This document shows positions 45,400-55,445 of a stretch of 64,000 nucleotides of DNA, piece by piece. Source of the DNA: the human T2T-CHM13v2.0 reference genome, Homo sapiens. The stretch is from assembly GCF_009914755.1 (NCBI RefSeq), contig NC_060938.1. The stretch is one strand, 5' to 3'. The position numbers and the translations under genes were made by a program. Position 1 is the stretch's first letter; every line of letters begins with the position of its first letter. The notes under the pieces are model-generated. The model was not told the origin of the DNA and did no database searches. It saw nothing but the letters and a program-made list of their open reading frames with translations.

Positions 45400-46320
45400 T
45401 CGCTGACGGTCGCGGTGTCCCGTTTTAATTTAGAGGGCGCCAGCAACACGTCAGTGAGGGAGATTCAGAAGCCGCCGGGCACCTCACCCCGGGCCGGGAA
45501 TCCCTAAGAGAACCTTGACGCCGCTGAAGTTTCCGGACCGGGCCAGTTTGGAATTGACGAAAGCAGCCTCCGCCCGGTCGAGCCAGTCTCTCGGTTTTCT
45601 CGGCGGCTTCTTGAGGATGAGGCATTTCTAGGTTTTCTCCTCCTCGAGCAAATCACGGTCTGCGCCTTCCGCGGCTCTGGGAACAGGTGAGCCGTGCGGC
45701 GGCGCCCGCGGGACGCGCTCAGGTGCCGGTCCCCGCCCGCCGGCCCCTCCCTGCAGCACGCGGTCCGGGCCCAGGTGCCGGGGCCCAGGTGCCGGCGCCC
45801 AGGTGCGCGGGGCACGGGGCTGCAGCTCCGCTCGGCATCCGACAGCGGGCGCCGCTGCAGCAGCTCGCGGGCCGCGGAGCTGAACGGCTTCGCGAGTTGG
45901 GGCAGCTCCTCGCGCTCGGCCCTGCTCGGCGGCGAGAGCTCCGCCTGGGCGCCGCGTTCCTACAGCCGCCGGAGCCGCCAGGCGCCGAGGGAACGGACAG
46001 ACCTCCGCGCACCCTTGCCGACCGGGGCGGGCAGAGGCGGGCAAGCGGCGAACGCCTGGGAGCGCGGAGAGCCAGGCCAGCCCGGAGCGCGCCGGGGACA
46101 CCCTGTGCGCCCCGAGTCCCGGCACCATGCGACCCGCCGCGCGTCCTCGCGGGCCCGGGGCTTCGCTCTTCGCTCGCTGAGCCCCTGCGCTCGCCACCAC
46201 GGAAACTCGGAAAGAGGAGGCGAGGCTGTGGGGAGCGGCGCGGAGACGGACTAGACTTCCCCTCCGCCCCCAAGAGGCTGCCGGTCCCCGGTTCCCTGGG
46301 CTTCTCCAGCTTTATCATGA
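45400..46320 (+). promoter_or_regulatory. CpG-island promoter of a + strand gene (identity not determined)
   Basis: Very high GC and CpG density against depleted flanks; GC boxes (ccccgccc, ggggcggg, ctccgccc); several TGACG CRE half-sites at 45403-45560; ETS-like ttccgg; downstream splice donors. Confidence 0.9.
45540..45686 (+). other. Putative non-coding first exon (5' end unknown)
   Basis: Strong donor CAG|GTGAGC at 45686/45687 inside the CpG island. Confidence 0.6.
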
Positions 46321-46394
46321 ACCTGGCGCAAGGTTGGCTTTAGGAAAAATTCTGGAGCCAGAGGGAGAGTCAAGGCAATTCTTTGGTTGCTAAG
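46120..46394 (+). other. Putative alternative first exon (5' end unknown)
   Basis: Donor AAG|GTAATT at 46394/46395 at the island's 3' edge; GC boxes upstream. Confidence 0.45.
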
Positions 46395-49269
46395 GTAATT
46401 GTAGTTGTGATAAAAAATGGGCAAGAAACAAATGGGGGAAAAACATGGTTTAAAACAGTATCCTCCCTCCCCACCCCATTAATATGTGTTGATTTCATCT
46501 CCTGGGTGTGGGTGCTTGTCCATTTCAGATGCGTGACAGGTGCCCGTGTGTGTGTGTCTGCAGTTTGGGACTGTGGAAGCACGAGCTTACATAAGTGGTT
46601 AGGCAAGCTGGCGTGTGGACTTGTGTGGGATGGGTGCAGGTCTGCATATAAATCATGTTCCTGGGTTTCTGGGTGTGAAGCGCACACCGACGGGGACGAG
46701 AGCGCAGAGGATGGCGCTTTTAGATACTTCCAGTCTTCCGATGTTGTGATCGCAGGTAGGGCAGCTTTGCCTCTAATCAGGCGTTCATTAACTTTTTCCC
46801 TGAACAAGCTCGCCCATTTGTGGTTTGGAAGAAAAGAAAGCGAGTCTCCGCGGTGAGGTGTGGAGGGCAGGGGCGGGTGGGGAGGTTTGTTGTTTGGGAA
46901 CTGCGCTAGCAAAGGAAGCGGTGGCTATTCGCTTGGAGAGGATGACAAATGAACTGGTTGCGTGAGGAGTGAAGAGACCGTGTTTACAGTCACCAGCAGG
47001 CTGCGTAAAGAAGTGGCCCAGTGAGACAGGGAAAGTGACCCAGAAAATTTAGTTTTGTTCAGAATGAAAGCTGCTGTATTTCATTTTTGTTTCTTAATTT
47101 GACGGAGTAGGAACGTTATTTTCCTTCTCTGTCATTGAGACCAGTAGCATTTCTATGTTACAAACTGAAGATATTTGGGGTCTCGTCGGCTTGGGATTAT
47201 CAATGCTTGGGAGGTGAGTTCTGATCAATACCTTTAACAACCCCAAAGAAAAACGCAAAAATAATCAAGTTTAGGTAAAACTTCCACTGGACTTTCTTTC
47301 CAGGGAGGGTGAGAGATGGAAGAACTGGGCTTGTAAGTATCAAAATGGAGTTAGAGAATGAGCTACAAGTTTGTGTGTGTATGGTCTGTCAAAAAGTGTT
47401 AAGACTGAAAGGAAACTGTTAGGTTTAGTTAAATGTGTTGACAACACGGCTCTTACATATCAATTTTCATAGGCAAATAGGTAATTACATAGAGTGGGAA
47501 CTGGGACTATGGTGGGAAACTTTCTGTAAGATGTATATTCTTTATTCTTAATTTATCACTTTTTCAATGGGTGGGACTACTCTGTGAAGGAAAGTAGAGG
47601 GCTGAGGGACATTTGGTGAGACTCTTGAGAGAGAAACCTTTGCAAGCCAAATCTCGCATGCTATAGATGATAAATTCTAAGTTCTTTGATATTGTACCAC
47701 TCTTAAGCTAAATTGTCCTGTAAATATGATCTCATGCACCATAAACTATATATATGTAGAGAGAGTCTATTCCCAATAACTCATCCTTTCCTGAAAGAGT
47801 CTGCAAGTTCTATAAATGTCAGCTGTTGGGAGGTATTGTGATGAAGGAGAGAGGCCACCAGTGTTTCCTTTTATATATTTATTCTGGCAGATCTTAACTT
47901 TACTTCTGATTTTCTTTAAGGAATTTCAGTTAACATTCACTGAATTTATATTGCTGAGAGTTTCAGTAAAACAAGACTAGATTTTCTTTGAAGCAATAAA
48001 TTCATCTTATCAAGTGAAACATTATGACAATGCTTTTGTGGCAGAAATGTTTATTTAAATGAGTCCATTTTAATTATTTATTTATTTTTGACTTGCAGAA
48101 TAAGATCTGCAACATAGATGTTTTTGAAGTAAGTAGACGTTTCTTGAGAAAGAAAAATAAATTTAGGTTACTGTGGACAATTTGCCAGTAATTTTGGATG
48201 TCTCTTTGTCTACAGGGACATAATTTTGTGTGAAAGTAGAATCATTCCATTTCTTATGTCTCTCATCTTCTCCCATGCATTTTATCCCCTGAACTCCTAA
48301 GACTTTGCCAGGAATTGCTGAACATTCTGTTTCGTGCCAGGGGTTAAATATCAGGGGATGGAATAAGGAGCTGTGTGTCACATAAACATTTTTCAAAAGG
48401 ATGCTGTCAGAGATCTCAATACCGGGATTAATTTTTCCTTTAGCTTTGCAGTTAGCTTGTCTTAATTGGTATTGCTCTGAACCTAGGAATGCATTTAACC
48501 TCTTCATTTTCAGTTTCCAGCTGGAAGGAATATATTTACCAAATTTCATCTTCTTTGTAACATATGGCATGATATAAATAATTACTATACACACACTATC
48601 CTGCTGTAAGGAAAGAAATAGAATTACAAAATCAACTTTCGTGTTGAGTGATATGGATATAATATTTCAAAAAACAATTTTAACTTTTCCCCTGATTCCA
48701 AAAGTAATATTTAGCTATTGAAACAGTTCAGGAAAATACAAAGAAAAAAATAAAGGTTATCCATAATCTGCTAGGGAGAGGGAGCCACTGTTAACATATC
48801 TTTAACTGTATATTCTTCCAAATATTATTCTAGTCAATTATTTCTACCCAGTCCCCCTCCCCCACACATTTTTATAAATATAAAATATAGCTTGGAAATA
48901 TAACTTGGAAATGTGTTAAAGGCTTGGGAATTTACTGCTTGTTTACAGAATGATTTTGATCAGATATTAGTTTTTACTGGTGGTCCTTATTTTCAAAAAG
49001 AGTAGGTTCTTTCTTTTTCTGTTCTTTGAAAACAAGTGTTTGCACTTTGGGCTGGTAATGCTTGGGGCTTCCTTTTGAATTTAGGGATTAAAGCATCAGA
49101 AAAGAAGTAGAAAGGTCATTGGCCATTGTGGGTGGGAGACCTGAGTTCTGGTTGCAGTTACTCCAACTTCTCCTGTGGCCTCTGGGCCTCTGTTTCCCTA
49201 AAGGGCAAAAGGTACTTTTAGATTTAACTAATTAAGCTAATGACGTATTTATTGCTTTGACATGAGAAT

Positions 49270-49420
49270 GATCTTTGAAGAGGGCTTATTCAAACACAGA
49301 AACACCTGGGGGTCATCCTGGGAGTCTCTGATTGATTCTGTCTGAGATGGGGCCCGAGAAGGTACATATCTAACAAGTCCCTGGATGATGCTGACTGCTG
49401 GTTTGGTGACAGTGAAAACT
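49270..49420. mobile_element. MER5-like hAT DNA transposon remnant
   Basis: tctgagatggggcccgagaa...tctaacaagtccctggatgatgctga. Confidence 0.65.
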
Positions 49421-49431
49421 AGAGGGTTAAG

Positions 49432-49473
49432 TGTACTAGGGTTCTCTTAGAGGGACAGAACTAATAGGATATA

Positions 49474-49510
<37 letters not shown>

Positions 49511-49998
49511 GTATATATATATGTACATATATATCATATATACATATATGCTATATATATGCTATACATGATATATATACATATGATATATGTACATATA
49601 CCATATATCTATAAAGGGGAGTTTATTAAGTATTAACTTACATGGTCCCAAGGTCCCACAATAGGCTGGCTGTAAGCTGAGGAGCAAGGAGAGCCAGTCC
49701 AAGTCTCAAAACTAAAGAAATTGGAGTCAGATGTTTGAGGGCAGGAAGCATCCAGCATGGGAGAAAGATGTAGGGTGGGAGGCTAGGCTCATTTCTCCTT
49801 TTCATGTTTTTCTGCCTCCTTTATATTCGCTGGAAGCTGATTAGGTTGTGCCCACCAGATTAAGGGTGGATCTGCCTTCCACAGCCCACTGACACAAATG
49901 TTTAATCTCTTTTGGGCAACACCCACACGGACACACCCAGGATCAATACTCTGTATCTCTCAATGCAATCAAGGTGACACTCGGTATTAACCATCAAA
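49432..49998 (-). mobile_element. MLT2A (A2-like) 3' LTR with an expanded TA-rich tract
   Basis: Direct repeat of 54922-55354; TA tract ~49468-49612. Confidence 0.93.
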
Positions 49999-50402
49999 AG
50001 CCCACCCCTTGTCAACTTGAACCCATACATATCTCCTGAGATCATACATAATCTTCAAATAAAGACAATAATGAGGTCAAAATTGTGCATAACATAATAC
50101 AACTATCCTTTGTACAACCAGAAATGCACCAATCCCCAATGCAAATACTATTACATAAAGTTAACAATACTTACATGCTGTTGTGAAGTCAATAAATCTT
50201 ATGTCACATGATAAAGGAAAAGGAAATGAAGATATTTTCTTAGTATGAGTGTATATATACACAAACATGTTTTTAACAAAAGAAGGAGGAAATACTCTTG
50301 ACAATTACAGTCTGTTTCTGCAGCTGGTCACATGGTCGTAGCTGGTATTGATGACTACCTTCTTCTACCCATTCAGTATTCCTTTTGCCTACAGCAAGCA
50401 CC

Positions 50403-51434
50403 TCAGCAGGTTCTTTTCCCTGGTGGAGTGACCCAAACCTTTATTCCTGAAGGATCTGGACCATTTGTAGTCCCGCCTGGATTGGGCTGTTGTAGTTTCC
50501 TGTTGACCTTAATCACAGGGCATGGTAATACTGAGAGATGCCCTAATGGATTTCCTGTGTTCCATATGTAGTCTTCCTTACCTCTGCTGTGGAGTAGTAG
50601 ACTGATTTCCTCTTGATAGTCCAGGTCAATCATGCCAGCCAACACAGTAATTTTCTTTTTAGCCTGTTGACTGAAAGATAGGAGTATCCCAAACTGTCCA
50701 GGTGGCAATCTTAACTTCCAGTTTAATGGAATCGTTGTGTTTCCTGGTGGCAGTGTTCCTCCCTCTGGAACTAAGATCTCTAGGCCAGCAGAAGGTAATG
50801 TCTTGGGAACAGGAAGCAAAAATTTTGCTAGTGGATCAGTAGGGGTGATGGTGAGTGGTGCCACTTCCACTTCCGCCCCTTGATTCCTGGACCTGTGAAT
50901 CCTGGCTATAGGAGAAACAGTACCATATATTGGATGCTGATTCAGAGCATACACGGCCCTCTGGAGAACTCTGCCCCAGCCCTGCAAAGTATTGTCACCT
51001 AGTTGGCATTGTAATTGTGACTTCGAAAGGCCATTCCACCATTCTATCAATATAACTGCTTCAGGATGATGGGGAGCATGGTAAGACCAGTGAATTCCAT
51101 GAGCATGAACCCACTGCCACACTTCTTTGGCCATAAAGTGAGTGCCTTGGTCAGAGACAATGCTGCATGGAATACCACGATGGTGGATAAGGCATTCCGT
51201 GAGTCCACAGATGGTAGTCTTGGCAGAAGCATTGTGTGCAGGATAGGCAAACCCATATCCGGAGTAAATGTCTATTCCAGTGAGGACAAACCTCTGCCCT
51301 TTCCATGATGGAAGAAGTCCAGTATAATCAACCTGCCACCAGGTAGCTGGCTGATCACCCTGAGGGATAGTGCCATATGGAGGGGTCAGTGTTGGTCTCT
51401 GCTGCTGGCAATTTGGGCACTCAGCAGTGATCAT
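50403..51434 (-). pseudogene. pol: HERV-L integrase plus dUTPase-like region, 343-codon open frame
   Basis: CPNC (zinc-finger half), WQVDYTG, SDQG and IEWWNG give D,D,E; then LPPG...WKLRLPPGQFG...GMIDLDYQEEI (dUTPase-like). Confidence 0.9.
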
Positions 51435-53700
51435 AGCCAGGTCAGCCTTGGTGAGTGGAAGTCCGTGTTGCTGAGCCCATGCATAACCTCCATCCCTGCC
51501 ACCATGGCCACTTTGTTCATGGGCCCATTGGGTGGTGACGGGTGGCTGGGGAAAGAGGCTGAGTGGTGTCCACAGAACAGGTCATCCTATTCACCTGATT
51601 ATTAAACTCCTCCTCTGCTGAGGTCACCCGTTGGTGAGCACTTACATGGGATACAGATAGCTTCACAGTTTTTGACCACTCAGAAAGGTCCATCCACATA
51701 ACTTTTTCCCAAATTTCTTTGTCACCAATTTTTCAATCATGCTTCTTCCAAGTCCCTGACCATCCAGCCAAGCCATTGGCTACAGCCCATGAATTGATAT
51801 ATAATCGCATATTGGGCCATTTCTCCTTCCATGCAAAGTGCACAGCTAGGTGCACTGCTTGAAGTTCTGCCCACTGGGAAGATTTCCCTTCACCTCTGTC
51901 CTTCAGAGATGTCCTAGAAAAGGCCTGTAGTGCTGCAGCTGTCCACTTTTGGGTGGTGCCTGCATATCGTGCAGAACCATCTGTGAACAGGCCCTAGTCT
52001 TCTCCTCCTCTGTCAACTGATGATAGGGAACTCCCCATGAGGCCGTGGGTGCAGGCTAGGGGAGAGAAGGCAGGGTGGCAGGAGTGGAGACCATGGGCAC
52101 TTGAGCCACTTCCTCATGTAACTTACTTGTGCCTTCAGGACTTGCCTGAGTCAGATCACGTATATACCACTTCCATTTGATGATGGGATGCTGCTGTGCA
52201 CAACCCACTTTATGGCTAGATGGGTCAGAAAGCACCCAGTTCATGATAGAAAGTTCAGGTTGCATGGTGACTTGATGACCCAGTCAAACGTTCAGTTTCC
52301 ACCAAAGCCCAGTAATAGGCCAAGAGCTGTCTCTCAAAAGGAGAGTAGTTACCTGCAGAAGATGACAGGGCCTTGCTGCAAAGTCCTAGAGTACTCCACT
52401 GTGATTCACCTATGGGCGCCTGCCAAAGGCTCCAAACAGCATCCCTATCTGCCACTGACAACTCAAGCACCATTGGATCTGCTGGATCATATGTCCCAAG
52501 TGGCAGAGCAGCTTGCATAGCAGCCTGGACCTGTTGCAGAACCTTCTCCTGTTCTGGACCCCACTCAAAACTGGCAGCCTTTCGGGTCACTCAATAAATG
52601 GGCCGGAGTAACACACCCAAATGAGGAATGTGTTGCCTCCAAAATCCAAATAGGCCCACTAAGTGTTGTGCCTCTTTCTTGGTTGTAGGAGGGGCCAAAT
52701 GCAGCAACTTATCCTTCACCTTAGAAGGAATATCTCAACAGGCCCCACACCACTGGACCCCTAGAAATTTTATTGGGGTAGAAGGTCCCTGAATTTTAGT
52801 TGGATTTCTTATCCTCTGGCTTGCAAATGTCTCACCAGTAAGTCCAGTGTGTTTGCTACCTCTTGTTCTCTGGATCCAATCAGCATAACGTCAATGTAAT
52901 GGACCAGAGTGATATCTTGTGGAAGCAAAAAGTGATCAAGGTCTCTCTGAATAAGATTATGACACAAAGCCAGAGAGTTGATATACCCCTGAGGTAGGAC
53001 AGTAAAGGTATATTGCTAGCCTTGCCAGCTGAAGGCAAATTGCTTCTAGTGGGCCTTATGGACAGGAATGGAGAAAAAGGCATTTGCCAAGTCAATGGCT
53101 GCATACCAAGTACTAGGAGATGTGTTAATTTGCTCAAGCAATGAAACCACATCTGGTACAGCAGCTGCAATTGGCATCACCACTTGGTTAAACTTATGAT
53201 AATCCACTATCATTCTCCAAGATGCATCTGTCTTCTGCACAGGCCAAATGGGAGAGTCAAATGGGAATGTGGTGGGAATCACCATCCCTGCATCTTTCAA
53301 GTCCCTGTTGGTGGCACTAATCTCCTCAGTCCCTCCAGGCACATGATACTGTTTTTGATTTGCTATTTTTCTAGGTAGAGGCATCTCTAATGGCTTCCAT
53401 TTGGGCTTTCCCCCCATAATAGCCGTCACCCTACTAGTCAGCCAATGTGGGGGTTCTGCCAGCTGCTAAGTATGCCTATGCCAATTATGCATTCTGGCCC
53501 TGGGGAAATGACCACAGGATAAGTCCAGGGACCCACTGGACACACTATAAGCTGGACCTGAGCTAAAACTCCATTAATTATCTGACTTGCATAAGCCCCT
53601 AGCTTAAATGGAGGACCACAATGATGTTTTGGGTCCCCTGGAATCAATGTCAGCTCAGAGCCAGTGTCCAGTAGTCCCCGAAATGTCTGATCATTTTCCT
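51435..53700 (-). pseudogene. pol: Disrupted HERV-L protease/RT/RNase H
   Basis: LLDTGSELT (~53645-53678); [19 protein letters not shown] and [15 protein letters not shown] (53046-53429); FTDGSARY (~51960-51990); broken by stops and frameshifts. Confidence 0.9.
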
Positions 53701-53783
53701 TTCCCGAGTGCAGTTACCCTGGTAAAAGACCAGAGGTCTCCTTGGGGAAAGATGAGAGAAAGATCTACTGCATAAATTTTCAG

Positions 53784-54895
53784 TCATGTAGTGGAGTCCT
53801 TCCTTAAGGGGACCCAGCCTCCCCTTTGTCCAAAGGGTTCTGGGTCTGTAAACTGGCTCAAGTCTGGAAATTGAATGAGGAGCCGTGATTCTCTGTTTTT
53901 ATAATTCAAATTAGTCTTTTGTCCATTCAACCTAGAAGTTTTCTGTTTGTGTAATTGAAGTAGGAATGCAGTAGGCTTCCTATCAATTTCACTTTTAGGA
54001 ACACCATGATTAATTAGCCAATGCCAGAGCTCTACATGAGTCAGACTATTCTGATTGCCACTTTGCCTCTGCTGTCCATTATGGTAGTTATGCTCACCTT
54101 GCCTTTGATGGTTGAGTGCTGCCACTTGACCCCTGCCACCTGGTCCCTGCCACCTCTGGATCCAATTATTCCCATTTTGTAGTTGAGTGACTGTGGTTCC
54201 CACCATTAGATCTGACATACAGAGAATGGCAATTACAGGGCTCTTCAAAGATGCAGGTGCTGCCCTCCCAAGTCTATTTTGCAAGGCATTGGTCAAGGGT
54301 ATATCTTCTGGACCCTCCCAGCTGGGATGAGTAGGTCTAAAGGGACTAATCCACTCCACCACCCCAATCTCCCTAAGCCTTTGGATTCCTTCCTGTACAT
54401 TAAGCCAAGGGAGATCAGGCATTTCCAGCTCACTCACAGTGGGCCGCCTTTAAGAGCTTGTGTCTATTTTTCCACAATTTCGGCTCTTTCTCTAGGAGAT
54501 AAGACTCTCAGTGTAATCTTAGCAGATTTGAGGCTCAGTATCTGCTTCTGAAGCTGGGAGACAGAATCCCTGAGTTCATCATTTTCTTTCATCACTTTGT
54601 CCGTTGAACTTAAGAGCAGCCAACCTGCTTCACTGTGTTCCTTGGTTCTCCACATATGGTCAAATGTGCTATGTACAGAGTCGCTAAACTCCCTGCCTCT
54701 CATGAGCGGTGAATTAGGAGTGTCAAAGGCATTTATTTTGCATAACTCTCTAAACAGTTTCTGCCAAGGACTATCAGTGTTTTCTATACTATTAGAAGTA
54801 GAGTCCTTAGCATTTTTGGGTCTAATCATATTAAGCAGCCAACTCCAGAAACCCCAAAACCAACGAAAGAACTCCATTCTTAATATTCTGTTCAT
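53784..54895 (-). pseudogene. gag: Disrupted, internally deleted HERV-L gag
   Basis: ORFs 54464-54895 (KNAKDSTSNSIENTDSPW) and 53784-54437 (ELEMPDLPWLNVQEGIQRLREIG, LWHWLINHGVP). Confidence 0.88.
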
Positions 54896-54921
54896 CTAGA
54901 ACCACTCCTGGTACCAAAATC

Positions 54922-55354
54922 TGTATTAGGTTTCTCTTAGAGGGATATAACTAATAAGATATATATGTCTTAGGGAGTTTATTAAGTATTCACTTACACA
55001 ATCACAAGGTCCCACAATAGGCTATCTGTAAGCTGAGGAGCAAGGACAGCCAGTCCAAGTCCCAAAACTGAAGAACTTGGAGTCAGATGTTTGAGGGCAG
55101 GAAGTATCTAGCATGGGAGAAAGATGTAGGCTGGGAGGCTAGGCTCCTCTCTCCTTTTCATGTTTTTCTGCCTGCTTTATATTCGCTGGAAGCTGATTAG
55201 ATTGTGCCCACCAGATTAAGGGTGGATCTGCCTTCCCCAGCCCAATGACTCACATATTTAATCTCTTTTGGGCAACACCCACACAGACACACCCAGGATC
55301 AATACTCCGTATCCCTCAGTGCAATCAAGTTGACACTCAGTATTAACCATCACA
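54922..55354 (-). mobile_element. MLT2A (A2-like) 5' LTR
   Basis: The reverse complement begins TGTGATGGTTAATACTGAGTGTCAACTTGATTG. Confidence 0.94.
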
Positions 55355-55445
55355 GTAAGCTCCTTACAGGCCAAAATGCCTGTTTGACTTTTCACAGGCT
55401 TTCACAGTAAGCTCCTTACAGGCCAAAAAGCCTGTTTGACTTTTC
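55350..55445 (+). repeat. 44-bp duplication (period 52) spanning the LTR/flank junction
   Basis: tcacagtaagctccttacaggccaaaa(t/a)gcctgtttgacttttc at 55350 and 55402. Confidence 0.95.

Larger units (their letters stand above)
49432..55354 (-). mobile_element. HERV-L provirus with two MLT2A LTRs
   Basis: 5' LTR 54922-55354 and 3' LTR 49432-49998; PBS region (rc gattttggtaccaggagtgg) next to the 5' LTR; PPT (rc aaggggtgggct) next to the 3' LTR; TSD ttaag/gtaag; gag-pro-pol-dUTPase order with no env. Confidence 0.96.

Noticed and set aside
45504-46343. Overlapping 100-218 aa ORFs on both strands
   Set aside because: Typical of stop-poor GC-rich CpG islands; low-complexity Ala/Arg/Gly/Pro with no recognisable domain, and several lack a true ATG start.
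45400-46400. Naming the host gene
   Set aside because: No coding exon lies in the window, and I do not recognise the 5' UTR with enough certainty; a BLAT search would settle it.
46370-46912. 157- and 180-aa overlapping ORFs downstream of the island
   Set aside because: Non-ATG starts in GT-rich intronic sequence, with no domain signal.
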